Origin: Bdellovibrionales bacterium
GTDB taxonomy: Bacteria; Bdellovibrionota; Bdellovibrionia; Bdellovibrionales; Bdellovibrionaceae
Direction of reading: 5' to 3'
DNA: 64,000 nucleotides
Assembly (NCBI GenBank): GCA_031370005.1
Contig: JANMPT010000025.1
Span: forward strand, 32,001 to 96,000
The position numbers and the translations under genes were made by a program. Every line of letters starts with the position of its first letter. The first letter of the stretch is position 1. This document shows, in pieces, positions 46,642-56,907 of this stretch. Below the pieces are notes generated by a model. The model worked only from the letters and a program-made list of their open reading frames with translations. It made no database searches and had not been told where the DNA came from.

Positions 46642-47397
46642 TTATACGCCTACCAACCAATCGTAACCGCGCTCCTCAAGTTTCTCGGCCAACTTGTAAT
46701 CGCCGGTTTCAATTATTTTGCCATTAGCTAGAACGTGGACAAAATCAGGTTTAATATAATGAAGAAGTCTTTGATAATGTGTTACTAAAACAATTGTATT
46801 GTCCTTGCGGCGAAGCTTATTTACTCCTTCCGCGACAACACGAAGAGCATCGATATCAAGACCGGAATCAGTTTCATCCAGCAAAGATAAACGTGGCGAC
46901 AAAACCGCCATCTGTAAAATTTCGTTGCGTTTTTTTTCGCCTCCAGAAAATCCGACATTTACTGGGCGCTCTAGAAAATCTTTTTTCATCGAGACCAATT
47001 TCATTTTTGCTTCAACGTAGACACGGAAGTCTGTTTCGCTCATTGGTTCAGAGCCTTGATGTGTCAAAACGGTGTTATACGCCGTATGTAAGAAATTGAA
47101 ATTACTGATTCCTGGAACCTCTACTGGATACTGAAAAGCTAAAAAGATCCCTTCTTTGGCTCTTTCGTCTGGGGCTAAACTCAAAAGGTTAACCATATTG
47201 AAGTTGATCTCGTACTTCACTTCGCCTTGGGTCACTGTATAAGCAGGATGACCTGCTAAGACTTTAGAAAGCGTAGATTTCCCAGAGCCGTTAGGCCCCA
47301 TGATAGCGTGGACTTCCCCGGCGTTCACTGTGAGGCTTAAGCCTTTGAGAATTTCTTTTTCCTCTACGTTTGCATGCAAATTCTTAATTTCTAACAT
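46642..47397 (-). CDS. sufC: Fe-S assembly ATPase SufC
   Basis: GPNGSGKST, FSGGEKKRNE, LDETDSGLD, THYQRLL. Confidence 0.97.
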   Translation of the reverse strand: MLEIKNLHANVEEKEILKGLSLTVNAGEVHAIMGPNGSGKSTLSKVLAGHPAYTVTQGEVKYEINFNMVNLLSLAPDERAKEGIFLAFQYPVEVPGISNFNFLHTAYNTVLTHQGSEPMSETDFRVYVEAKMKLVSMKKDFLERPVNVGFSGGEKKRNEILQMAVLSPRLSLLDETDSGLDIDALRVVAEGVNKLRRKDNTIVLVTHYQRLLHYIKPDFVHVLANGKIIETGDYKLAEKLEERGYDWLVGV

Positions 47398-47401
47398 TTT
47401 A

Positions 47402-48850
47402 TTACCCGACCGAGTTTTCTAGTTTCATTTCAATTAATTTCACAGCCTCAACGGAGAACTCCAAAGGCAATTCCTTGAAGACCTCCTTACAAAATCCATT
47501 AACCAACATAGAAATTGTTTGTTCCTTATTTAAACCCCGGGATTGAAGATAGAAAATTTGATCTTCACTGATACGCGAGGTGGAGGCCTCATGCTCTAAG
47601 GTTGCGGTTTTATTTTTTACTTCTATATACGGATAGGTGTGCGCGCTGCACTCTGCACCGACAAGCATTGAGTCGCACTGAGAATAGTTGCGTGCGTTTT
47701 CGGCAGAGGCCATCACCTTCACTTGGCCACGGTATGCGTTGGAAGAATGCCCTGTTGAAATCCCTTTCGAGATAATCGTACTCTTAGTGTTTTTACCAAT
47801 GTGTATCATTTTTGTGCCCGTGTCGGCTTGCATATAGTCATGAGTCAAGGCCACGGAGTAGAAGGCGCCTTCCGAAGAGTCGCCCTGTAGTATTACAGAA
47901 GGATATTTCCAAGTAATGGCAGAGCCAGACTCAACTTGAGTCCACGAAATTTTAGAATGCTTTCCTGCGGCTTTGCCACGTTTTGTGACGAAGTTATAAA
48001 TACCGCCTTTGCCATCTTTATCGCCGGAGTACCAGTTTTGCACTGTAGAGTATTTTATTTCTGCTTTTTCCAGTGCGATAAGCTCGACAACCGCAGCGTG
48101 TAGCTGGTTTGCATCGCGCTGAGGCGCTGTACAGCCCTCAAGATAGTTCACATACCCGCCATCATCACAGATCAAGAGGGTGCGCTCAAATTGGCCAGTA
48201 TCTTTTGCATTGATGCGAAAGTAAGTCGACAAATCAATCGGGCAACAAACGTTTTTTGGAATGTAACAGAAGGAGCCATCCGTAAAGACGGCGGCATTTA
48301 AGGCGGCATAGTAATTATCAGTGAAGGGGACGACGGTGCCTAAATATTTTTTTACAAGATCGGGGTGTTTGTGAACGGCTTCAGAGATGGAGCAGAAAAT
48401 AACCCCGGAATCCTCTAATGCCTGATCATGGGTTGTACCTACAGATACTGAGTCAAAGATGACGTCCATGGCGATGCCTGAAATGCGTTTTTGTTCGGTT
48501 AATGGAATGCCGAGTTTTTCGAATGTCTTAATAAGCTCAGGATCCAAGTCGCTCATGGATTTGGGACCGTCCGAAGTCTTCTTGGGGGCCGAATAGTAGC
48601 AAATATCTTGGAAGTCAATTTTCGGATATTTTACATGAGCCCAAGTGGGCTCGGTCATCGTTAGCCAGTAACGGAAGGCTTTCAAACGATACTCAAGCAT
48701 CCAGTCGGGCTCATTTTTTTTACTAGAAATTAGCCGAATCACATCCTCGTTAAGCCCCTTAGCTACGGTGTCGGTTTCGATGTCAGTTGTAAAGCCCCAC
48801 TTGTATTCTGTGTCCGGAAGCGTTTGGGCCGTTTTAGAGGTGTTATTCAC
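47402..48850 (-). CDS. sufB: Fe-S assembly protein SufB
   Basis: [29 protein letters not shown]. Confidence 0.97.
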   Translation of the reverse strand: MNNTSKTAQTLPDTEYKWGFTTDIETDTVAKGLNEDVIRLISSKKNEPDWMLEYRLKAFRYWLTMTEPTWAHVKYPKIDFQDICYYSAPKKTSDGPKSMSDLDPELIKTFEKLGIPLTEQKRISGIAMDVIFDSVSVGTTHDQALEDSGVIFCSISEAVHKHPDLVKKYLGTVVPFTDNYYAALNAAVFTDGSFCYIPKNVCCPIDLSTYFRINAKDTGQFERTLLICDDGGYVNYLEGCTAPQRDANQLHAAVVELIALEKAEIKYSTVQNWYSGDKDGKGGIYNFVTKRGKAAGKHSKISWTQVESGSAITWKYPSVILQGDSSEGAFYSVALTHDYMQADTGTKMIHIGKNTKSTIISKGISTGHSSNAYRGQVKVMASAENARNYSQCDSMLVGAECSAHTYPYIEVKNKTATLEHEASTSRISEDQIFYLQSRGLNKEQTISMLVNGFCKEVFKELPLEFSVEAVKLIEMKLENSVG

Positions 48851-49310
48851 TGAAGACCTCCTCTGTGATCGCTTTGCGCCTTGGAGCTTTGGCAGTACTT
48901 AGTGGAGCTTCAATCAAGAGCTCTTTTAAAGTAATATTTCCATAAAACTCATTTAGTTTGCTTTGTAGAAGCTGTACGGGAGGCAAAATATTGCAGGTTC
49001 CATGAATTTCGCAGGGATTTTCCTTATGCATACATTTCACCATTGTGGTAGGCCCCTCAATGATTTCAAGAAGTTGCAACATAGTTACTTTGCCAAGGTC
49101 CTTGGTGATTTGATAACCGCCGGAGGCACCATACTCAGCCCGTAATAAAGCATTTTGAGCCATAGCTTGCATCACCCGGGCAGTGGCATCAAACGGCGCT
49201 TGCAAGCTTTCTGAAACTTCCTTTGCAGAAGTTAGCTCCCCTGGAGTTTTGTGGCTCATGTATTTTAAGGCCATCAGAGCATATTCAAGTTTGCGATTAA
49301 GCTTGTTCAT
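48843..49310 (-). CDS. Rrf2-family transcriptional regulator
   Basis: EYAL, GASGGY, IIEG and three Cys (C-x6-C-x5-C); first gene of the suf operon. Confidence 0.9.
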   Translation of the reverse strand: MNKLNRKLEYALMALKYMSHKTPGELTSAKEVSESLQAPFDATARVMQAMAQNALLRAEYGASGGYQITKDLGKVTMLQLLEIIEGPTTMVKCMHKENPCEIHGTCNILPPVQLLQSKLNEFYGNITLKELLIEAPLSTAKAPRRKAITEEVFSE

Positions 49311-49438
49311 AGGTTTTTCCCCAAGTATTGCTGCAAACTAAACGAAAGGGTCCTAAAACTCAAGAGTAAATACGCCTTTTTTTAGCGTATATTATGAGGA
49401 TGCTTCAATTGGAGCTTTGTGATAGAGCTATAAACATT

Positions 49439-50263
49439 ATGAGAGTTTTATTTATTAGCGCGATTTCAATTTTGGTTTTGTTTATTGTCCTCTTGATTTC
49501 CAGACTTTGGGGGATGGGGCAACAATACCCTGATTTTCAACATCCTTTTTTTGAGGGTTCAAGTTCACCGCTAATCATTGTCAAAGGGGAGTCTGAAAAA
49601 GACCTACAAGAAATTCAACGACAAAAGCCTGACGCCGCAGTTTGGTTAGATGTTGCGACAACGAGTGATCAGAAAATTATCGTTTTTACTCGTGATCTCA
49701 AGGCTAAAGAAATGTCGATCGAAACCTACCGCGGACCAAAATCCTTAGCGTATTCTTTTGAACAGCTGAGAAGTATGCACCCTGAGGTTCGTGAGCTCAG
49801 AGGTATCGTCGCTGAGTTCCCAACGCGAAAATTTGTATTGAACATTTTGGATAACGTCACGGGGATTCATATAGGACTAGTTGAAGCACTTAAGGGGCTC
49901 TCGCCGGAGAAACGGATTTTGCTGCAGTCGAATTACAATGTTATCTTAAGCAGCATAAAAGAACTTGAGCCTTTTTGGCTGTATGGTTGTAGCCAGGCGG
50001 ACCTGATGAGATTTTTGACCTTTGAGTCCATGTGGGTACTTCCAGCGACACCGTTTAAAGGCGACGTTTATATAGCGCCATTTATTTTAATTGGAAGACC
50101 GGCCTTTCATGAGAGCACTTTGGAAGAAGTCCGTCGCCGCCATAAAAAAATAATATTAGGGCCGGCGCTAGATAAAAAAGAATTTGATGATGCCATACGT
50201 CTGAAGGCAGATGGGATTCTTGTTGAAAATCTCAGCGATTATTTGAAGTGGTCTAGACCATAG
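49439..50263 (+). CDS. Glycerophosphodiester phosphodiesterase-like protein (divergent)
   Basis: WLDVATTSDQKIIVF and ADGILVEN TIM-barrel motifs; N-terminal anchor; the canonical HRG is missing. Confidence 0.6.
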   Translation: MRVLFISAISILVLFIVLLISRLWGMGQQYPDFQHPFFEGSSSPLIIVKGESEKDLQEIQRQKPDAAVWLDVATTSDQKIIVFTRDLKAKEMSIETYRGPKSLAYSFEQLRSMHPEVRELRGIVAEFPTRKFVLNILDNVTGIHIGLVEALKGLSPEKRILLQSNYNVILSSIKELEPFWLYGCSQADLMRFLTFESMWVLPATPFKGDVYIAPFILIGRPAFHESTLEEVRRRHKKIILGPALDKKEFDDAIRLKADGILVENLSDYLKWSRP

Positions 50264-50314
50264 TCTTGTATTCTGGGTTGCGGACAAGACGTTTTGGTCT
50301 TAGCCTAGTTACCT

Positions 50315-51058
50315 ATGAATATACCGATCATAAATATTGCCAATGCCGCCGCCAATACACAAGTTGCAATTAATACCAACAGCATGGATGCGCTGACTCA
50401 AGCCAGTGCCGTTGTCCAATTGACCTTGTTGATCTTAGTTGGTCTGTCTATTTTTTGCTGGGCTATTGCCTACACTAAGTATGGACAACTCAAGAAGGTC
50501 CGTGAAGCCAATGAGCAGTTCACTAACAAATTCTGGAAAGTAAACTCCCTTGATACTCTTTATGGAGACATTGATGAGTTTCCCATGAGCAATATGGCCC
50601 ATATCTTTAAGTCAGCGTATATTGAAATGAAAAAGCTGGCGGAGTCTCCATTGGTAACAAAAAGCGAAGACGAGAAGCCTCAGCTTTTGGGTCTTGATAA
50701 TCTTGAGCGGACAATTCGCAAGTCCACAGATAATGAAATTGCCAAGCTAGAAACTCGCCTGACGGTCCTCGCAACTACCGGGAGCACGGGGCCCTTTATC
50801 GGTCTTTTCGGAACAGTTTGGGGGATTATGGGGTCTTTCCATAAAATTGGCGCCACTGGAAACGCCAGTCTTGCCGTAGTGGCCCCGGGTATTTCTGAGG
50901 CATTGATTTCAACGGCGATTGGTTTGGCTGCGGCAATTCCGGCGGTGATTTTATATAATAACTTTGTGGCTCGGATTCGTCGCGAAGAAATTGAGCTCAA
51001 CAATTTCGGTGCGGATTTCCTTAATATTGTTAAGCGCAACTTCTTCAAAGGTGATTAA
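50315..51058 (+). CDS. tolQ: TolQ
   Basis: PFIGLFGTVWGIM, VAPGISEAL.TAIGL. Confidence 0.92.
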   Translation: MNIPIINIANAAANTQVAINTNSMDALTQASAVVQLTLLILVGLSIFCWAIAYTKYGQLKKVREANEQFTNKFWKVNSLDTLYGDIDEFPMSNMAHIFKSAYIEMKKLAESPLVTKSEDEKPQLLGLDNLERTIRKSTDNEIAKLETRLTVLATTGSTGPFIGLFGTVWGIMGSFHKIGATGNASLAVVAPGISEALISTAIGLAAAIPAVILYNNFVARIRREEIELNNFGADFLNIVKRNFFKGD

Positions 51059-51060
51059 TT

Positions 51061-51480
51061 ATGGGAATGAGTAATGGCGGCTCCTCAAAGAGTCGCGCAA
51101 CTCTAAGCGAAATCAATGTAACTCCCTTGGTTGACGTCGTGCTTGTGCTTCTTATTATGTTCATGGTGACAACGCCACTTATGCAACAGGGAATTGAAGT
51201 TGATCTGCCGAAGACCTCTTCATCTGGTATAGAACTTAACGACGAACCTTTCGTTTTGGTGATTGATGCAACTCAAAAGATGACGGCGGGGAAGCAGAAT
51301 ATTAACATGGCGGACTTGCGTTCAAAACTGAAAGCCATCTTTCAACATCGCAAGAATAAACAAATATACATACAAGCAGATCGGAAGGTGGACTATGGTT
51401 TCGTGGCTGAAGCTATGGGCGAAATTCGAGCCGCAGGGGTTTTTAATATCGGCTTGATCACAGTTCCGAAGGACAAGTGA
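51061..51480 (+). CDS. tolR: TolR
   Basis: EINVTPLVDVVLVLLIMFMV, ADRKVDYG. Confidence 0.92.
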   Translation: MGMSNGGSSKSRATLSEINVTPLVDVVLVLLIMFMVTTPLMQQGIEVDLPKTSSSGIELNDEPFVLVIDATQKMTAGKQNINMADLRSKLKAIFQHRKNKQIYIQADRKVDYGFVAEAMGEIRAAGVFNIGLITVPKDK

Positions 51481-51487
51481 TAACAAC

Positions 51488-52282
51488 GTGAGTTTTAAAC
51501 AAAACCCACTTACTCAAGATGATAATCTCTCGACCGGCCTGAAGGTTTCTATTGGTCTTCATATTGCTTTGGTTGCAGTATTTTCGATTCGTGCCACTTT
51601 TTTTGAACCACAACAAATTAATTATGCCGCTGCCGTGCGTGTGGATATCGTCGCACTTCCAGATAAAATAACTGCACAACAACTTCCTCCAAAACAAGAA
51701 AAAACATCTAAGTCCGAGCCTAAGACTATACCTAAAAGCCCTCCAAAAGAGATGCCGGCAGAAAAGCCGCTCAAGGTCGTGAGGAAAGACCCTGAGGAGA
51801 TCAAGCTTAATAAAGAAAAAGTTAAGCAAAAAGAGGCGCTTGAAAAACTCAAAACCATGGCTGCCATTGAGGAAATAAAAAAAGAGGCTGAAAAAGAGCA
51901 ATCTAAAAAAATGGCTGGTATTGGCGATACAAAGCCCCCGCTTAGCAAAATCAAAGGAAATGTTATTTCCCCGGGTACTGCACTCACGGGGCTGAGCAGG
52001 CTTCAGCACGATAGCTATTTGGCGAGTCTAGACCAGCAGATTAAGCAAAACTGGGTTTTGCCCGAGTGGTTAGCGAAAAAATCTCTGCGCGCGCAGGCTC
52101 GCTTGAAAATAGACGAAAAGGGTCGCGTTCTTTCGCGCGAAATTACTTTATCTAGTGGCAATAGCAGTTATGATGAATTGGCTTTGGAGACGATTGATAA
52201 ATCGGCGCCTTTTGCGCCCCCGCCAGAAAAGTTTGTATCTCTTGTGGCCGTGAGCGGTTTACTGATCGGCTTTCCTGAGTAA
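51488..52282 (+). CDS. tolA: TolA/TonB-family protein
   Basis: TM with SIGLH, Pro/Lys-rich linker, IKQNW...SSGN..YD...APF.PPP C-domain. Confidence 0.8.
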   Translation: MSFKQNPLTQDDNLSTGLKVSIGLHIALVAVFSIRATFFEPQQINYAAAVRVDIVALPDKITAQQLPPKQEKTSKSEPKTIPKSPPKEMPAEKPLKVVRKDPEEIKLNKEKVKQKEALEKLKTMAAIEEIKKEAEKEQSKKMAGIGDTKPPLSKIKGNVISPGTALTGLSRLQHDSYLASLDQQIKQNWVLPEWLAKKSLRAQARLKIDEKGRVLSREITLSSGNSSYDELALETIDKSAPFAPPPEKFVSLVAVSGLLIGFPE

Positions 52283-52299
52283 AACGGAAGGAGTATTCT

Positions 52300-53694
52300 A
52301 TGCTTAAATTTCTTGTGGTACTTATCGCGATGTTTTCTTTTTGCAGTGTCTTTGCGCAAGAGGAGTCTGCCCGAGTACCTGCGTCGACATCTGATATTAA
52401 ACTTGGCGAAGCTCGCACGAAGAAAAGTCTTTTAGCGTTTCCTCCGCTCAACTATCAAGGAAGTCCAGGTGGTTCTTACCAGACGGTTGGAGCGGAACTC
52501 TATAGCACGATTAGTAATGATTTAAATGTCTCGTCGTACTTTCAGATTATTCCGCAAAAAGCTTATTTGGAAGACACTTCGAAAACAGGTCTGCGCCCTG
52601 CTCCAGGAGAGGCGAATGGTTTTAAGTTTCAAAGTTGGACTCCAGTGGGTGCTGAGTTTCTCATTCGCGCGGGCTATTTTTTGGCCGGTGGCGAGGTGAA
52701 CATGGAGGCCTACGTCTACCATGTCGGCAAATCGCAGCTTGTTATGGGGAAAAAGTATAAGGGGCCGATTTCTAGCGTTCGTAAGATTGCTCACACATTT
52801 TCAAATGATATTTTAGAAGCCTTGACTGGTAAACGGGGCATGTTTCTTTCTAAAGTCGTCGTCTCTAGTAACAAGGGCGTGGGAGACTACAAAGAGATTT
52901 ACACAATGGATTGGGATGGGGCGAATTCTGAAAAAATCACAAATCATCGCTCTATTTCTTTGTCTCCGGCGTGGTCTCCTGACGGAAAGAAAATTGCTTA
53001 TACTTCTTACGTCGTTCGGTCGAAAACAAAAATGCGCAATGCCGATATGTTTCTCTATGATTTAGCTACGGGAAAGCGCGATTTGATTTCTTTTCGACAA
53101 GGCTTGAACTCGGGCGCTTGCTTTGCTCCTGATAATAAAACGATTTACTTGACGATTTCTCAACAAGGAGCTCCGGATCTTTACAAAATGAGTTTTGATG
53201 GAACTCTTCAGGCTAAAATCACCAACGGACCGAACAACGCAATGAACGTAGAGCCTGCGGCCAGTCCGGATGGCACCAAGGTGGCGTTCTCTTCAGATCG
53301 CAGCGGTCGTCCGATGATTTACACAATGAATTCGGATGGTTCGAATGTGAAGCGCATCACGTTCGCAGGAGTTTATAACTCCACACCGTCGTGGTCTCCG
53401 GACGGAAAGAAAATTGCCTTTGCCGGGCAAAGTGAAGACCACTTCGATATATTTATTATGAATGTGGATGGCACAAGCATGATTCGTCTGACCTCTGCGC
53501 GAAAACCGAACGGCAAATGGTCGACGAATGAAGACCCAAGCTTTTCTCCGGATGGACGCTTCGTTATATACACAAGTAATCGCACGGGGAAAAACCAAAT
53601 CTTTATCTCAACGGTTGACGGCACGGAAGAGCGTCGGGTGACTTTGGATAGTGCAAATTACTTTAAGCCGAAGTGGTCTAATAATTTTGAATAG
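52300..53694 (+). CDS. tolB: TolB beta-propeller protein
   Basis: Signal peptide, TolB N-domain, repeated P.WSPDG blades. Confidence 0.92.
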   Translation: MLKFLVVLIAMFSFCSVFAQEESARVPASTSDIKLGEARTKKSLLAFPPLNYQGSPGGSYQTVGAELYSTISNDLNVSSYFQIIPQKAYLEDTSKTGLRPAPGEANGFKFQSWTPVGAEFLIRAGYFLAGGEVNMEAYVYHVGKSQLVMGKKYKGPISSVRKIAHTFSNDILEALTGKRGMFLSKVVVSSNKGVGDYKEIYTMDWDGANSEKITNHRSISLSPAWSPDGKKIAYTSYVVRSKTKMRNADMFLYDLATGKRDLISFRQGLNSGACFAPDNKTIYLTISQQGAPDLYKMSFDGTLQAKITNGPNNAMNVEPAASPDGTKVAFSSDRSGRPMIYTMNSDGSNVKRITFAGVYNSTPSWSPDGKKIAFAGQSEDHFDIFIMNVDGTSMIRLTSARKPNGKWSTNEDPSFSPDGRFVIYTSNRTGKNQIFISTVDGTEERRVTLDSANYFKPKWSNNFE

Positions 53695-56080
53695 TTTAAA
53701 GGATTTTTCTTCATATGCGGCCTCTGAGATCTCTGAGGCCGCAAGCTTTTCTCCGGCACTTTCTCACTATCTCGGGTTTTCATTTTCTTCAATATCTACG
53801 ACACACCATGAATCCAGGTCAAAGGCTTGGATTCAGTCAGCGTTGGCCACAATTCTAAATTTAGAAAAGCCGAATCAGGTTTGCAAGGTTTGGAGTCAGG
53901 TCGCAAGCGGGATTCTTCAGTCTGTCTTTTATGAATGCTTTAAAGACTCTAAAGTAGCCTTGTTTGCGTTGGGAAAACTCGGAGCATCTGAGCTGAATTT
54001 AAGTTCTGATGTGGACCTGCTCATTGTCTCTCAAGAAGCGGAGGTCAATCACTTAAAGGCGCTTCGCCGGTTTCAAAAGATATTGAGTGAAAAAACCCCT
54101 TGGGGATTTCTTTTCAGAGTCGACTTTGATCTTCGACCGGGTGGACGACATGGCCCTATGATTCCCACCCTGGATCAGTTCATGGATTACTATGGAACCT
54201 ACGGGGAGACCTGGGAAAGGCTTGCCTTTGTTCGCTTATCTCATATTGCTGGCGACAGCGGCCTCATTACGCAGGTTATAGATTTTGCGAATAAATTCAC
54301 TTATCGTAGACATCTTGATTACACCCTTTTGGATGATTTAAAATCGATGCGAACAAAAATTCGTCAGCATTACTCTCCAAATTCCACAGATTCAGTCTGG
54401 GACCTGAAGCTCGGAGTTGGTGGAATTCGCGATGTGGAGCTGTTTGTTCACGCCATGCAGGTCATTCATGGTGGAAAGAGCCCAAAGCTGCAGGTTCACT
54501 CCACAGCAGCGGCCTTGTCACTTCTTGAGGAAGCAAAGGTTCTTCCTTCGGAAGAGGCGCTATTTCTTAAAAATCATTATTGGCAACTTCGTCAGCTGGA
54601 AAATTTTGTTCAAGCACAAAACGACGAACAAACCCATCTTTTAGAAAAAACCGCCGGAATGCCTTCTTGGGCAAGTCAGATTCTTACTCATCTTGATCAG
54701 GATCTTAATCATTGTGATCACGTTGTCAGTTCGCTCTTGGGCAAGGCCCCTGGGGAAATTCCTTCTGTAAGTTTTCAAAGTGCAATGTCTCAGGAGGTTT
54801 GGCAGGAAATTCTTCAAATCGAAGTCCTTTCCCGAAATAAAGAACGCGATGAGCAGGCGCGGTTACAGTTTCTAAATGAGTTTTTTGAAACGCTACAAAA
54901 ACAAAAGGGAAACGTCGATAAGGCGCTTCAACACTTAAAAGAGTTCATTAAATCGACACGGGCAAAAGCGAGTTTTTTTAGCTTGCTGGTTAGAAATAAA
55001 AATTTGATGGATGAGCTTGCGTGGCTTTTTGGTCACTCTCCCTATCTTTCACAAATACTATGTTCGCGCCCTGAGTTGATTGACAGCTATGTTTATCGTT
55101 CTCAAGAATTACAAACGGATGATCTGCCCATCCTTTTAGAACAGCTGGTGGAAAAACGTCTTTTGGGCGAGGTCATCAATGGCTCTCACTATTTAGAAGA
55201 TCGGAATGTTGAGGTGTTACAGACAAACCTTAGCGCTGCGGCAGATGAGATTGCCTCAACATTGTTGGAAAAACTTAAACTGGAATATCCTTCGGAGCTC
55301 GAAATACTCTGCCTTGGAAAGTGGGGGGGCAAAGAGCTTGGGTTTCGCTCGGATCTAGATTTCATTTTCGTCACGCCCGAGGCTCCTTCGGAAAATGATG
55401 GCAAGCTCGCAAGACGTTTTATCAATCGCCTAACTGAGACCCGTAAAGGCGGTGCAATCTATAGCATCGATACAAGGCTAAAACCCTCTGGCAGGGCTGG
55501 GCCCTACGTTATTTCGGAAACACAACTTGCGGAGTATCTTGGCAACGAAGCCCAGGCCTGGGAGCGACAGGCCTATTTGAAAAGTCGGAGTTTGAGTTCG
55601 AACCGAATGCGGTTTCAGGACTTTTTTGCGAGCAGAAAACTTACCCACACTGAGTTGGGAGAGCTTGAAAAAATTCGCAGGGACCTGATCCGCCATGATC
55701 AAGGTTTTTTAGACCTGAAATATACCGAGGGGGGAATGCTTGATATTGAGCTCTTTTCCCAGGCGGAAGTATTGGCCAAAGGCCTTCAGGTAAACGGACC
55801 TAGTACTTTTGACTTTCTCGCTGTAATCGGTGGCAGCGAGGTGCTTCGGCATAATTATTTGCGGTTGCGTCAGGTGGAGCAAATGTTACAGCTTGTGTCG
55901 ACTGAGGGCGGCGCAAAAGTGACTTTAAATCATGAATCATTTCAACAGCTTGCTACGGCGCTTCAGCAGCCCTCCGAAGCATTGGAAAAAGAACTCGGTT
56001 TCATAATCTCTGAGAATATACAGATACTTAATCAACTTGACCCCCGTCGACGGTCAAAGATACTTGAGTCTAGCTCATAA
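53651..56080 (+). CDS. glnE: Glutamine synthetase adenylyltransferase (compact; start uncertain)
   Basis: Two nucleotidyltransferase domains: [16 protein letters not shown]...RVDFDLRP.G and [16 protein letters not shown]...[12 protein letters not shown] and LK.G.GG..D.E motifs. Confidence 0.9.
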   Translation: MQITLSRSGLIILNSLKDFSSYAASEISEAASFSPALSHYLGFSFSSISTTHHESRSKAWIQSALATILNLEKPNQVCKVWSQVASGILQSVFYECFKDSKVALFALGKLGASELNLSSDVDLLIVSQEAEVNHLKALRRFQKILSEKTPWGFLFRVDFDLRPGGRHGPMIPTLDQFMDYYGTYGETWERLAFVRLSHIAGDSGLITQVIDFANKFTYRRHLDYTLLDDLKSMRTKIRQHYSPNSTDSVWDLKLGVGGIRDVELFVHAMQVIHGGKSPKLQVHSTAAALSLLEEAKVLPSEEALFLKNHYWQLRQLENFVQAQNDEQTHLLEKTAGMPSWASQILTHLDQDLNHCDHVVSSLLGKAPGEIPSVSFQSAMSQEVWQEILQIEVLSRNKERDEQARLQFLNEFFETLQKQKGNVDKALQHLKEFIKSTRAKASFFSLLVRNKNLMDELAWLFGHSPYLSQILCSRPELIDSYVYRSQELQTDDLPILLEQLVEKRLLGEVINGSHYLEDRNVEVLQTNLSAAADEIASTLLEKLKLEYPSELEILCLGKWGGKELGFRSDLDFIFVTPEAPSENDGKLARRFINRLTETRKGGAIYSIDTRLKPSGRAGPYVISETQLAEYLGNEAQAWERQAYLKSRSLSSNRMRFQDFFASRKLTHTELGELEKIRRDLIRHDQGFLDLKYTEGGMLDIELFSQAEVLAKGLQVNGPSTFDFLAVIGGSEVLRHNYLRLRQVEQMLQLVSTEGGAKVTLNHESFQQLATALQQPSEALEKELGFIISENIQILNQLDPRRRSKILESSS

Positions 56081-56098
56081 GATTTTTAAGGAGTTTAT

Positions 56099-56740
56099 GT
56101 GATTAATCGCATCCGTTTTGACGTAAATACGAAGAAGGTTTTGTGGATTTATCTTTTGGCGTTCATTCTAACGGCCTTTAGTTTCCACTCAAAAGCCGCA
56201 GACAAAAAGACTAAAGTAAGAAAAGGAAAAGACATGATCGCAGTGTTCGAAACTAATAAAGGTACATTTAAAGTTAAACTTTTCACTGAAAAGGCTCCAA
56301 AGACAGTGGAAACATTTGTTGGCTTAGCAGAGGGCACTAAAGAGTGGACTGATCCTAAAACTGGCAACAAAGTCAAAAAGCCTTTTTACGATGGTTTGAA
56401 ATTTCATCGCGTTATTCCAAACTTCATGATCCAAGGCGGAGACCCGCTTGGAACTGGAACTGGCGGTCCTGGTTTTCGTTTTGAAGATGAGTTCCCAGCT
56501 GGTGCTCCGAAGCACGATAAGCCGGGCATACTTTCCATGGCAAACTCAGGCCCGAACACAAACGGGTCTCAGTTCTTTGTGACTGTTGCCGCAACTCCAT
56601 GGCTGGATGGCAAGCACACCGTCTTTGGCGAGGTGATTGAGGGAATGGACGTAGTTTACGATATTTCCAAAGCAAAAACAGGCTCCATGGATCGTCCTAC
56701 AGAAGACATAATAATCAAGCACCTCAAAATCGAAAAATAA
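56099..56740 (+). CDS. Cyclophilin-type peptidyl-prolyl isomerase
   Basis: [40 protein letters not shown]. Confidence 0.97.
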   Translation: MINRIRFDVNTKKVLWIYLLAFILTAFSFHSKAADKKTKVRKGKDMIAVFETNKGTFKVKLFTEKAPKTVETFVGLAEGTKEWTDPKTGNKVKKPFYDGLKFHRVIPNFMIQGGDPLGTGTGGPGFRFEDEFPAGAPKHDKPGILSMANSGPNTNGSQFFVTVAATPWLDGKHTVFGEVIEGMDVVYDISKAKTGSMDRPTEDIIIKHLKIEK

Positions 56741-56760
56741 AAGGTACGCCGTACCTTTTT
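56739..56760 (+). terminator. Hairpin/terminator after the cyclophilin gene
   Basis: AAAAGGTAC-GCC-GTACCTTTTT. Confidence 0.7.
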
Positions 56761-56867
56761 CGGATGCGGTGAGTAATGTCATCTTTTACTCACCTGTCAG
56801 GTCTCTAACAGTTTTCTGACAAATTTTGGCGAAGTCTCGTTTTGAGACGCCTCACGTCGAATATACC

Positions 56868-56884
56868 CAGGCCCATGGATTGCT
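56868..56884 (+). promoter_or_regulatory. Putative sigma-54 promoter
   Basis: AGGCCCA-TGGA-TTGCT with correct GG/GC spacing, upstream of 56908. Confidence 0.5.
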
Positions 56885-56907
56885 CTCTCTATATTTAAGC
56901 ACTTTGC

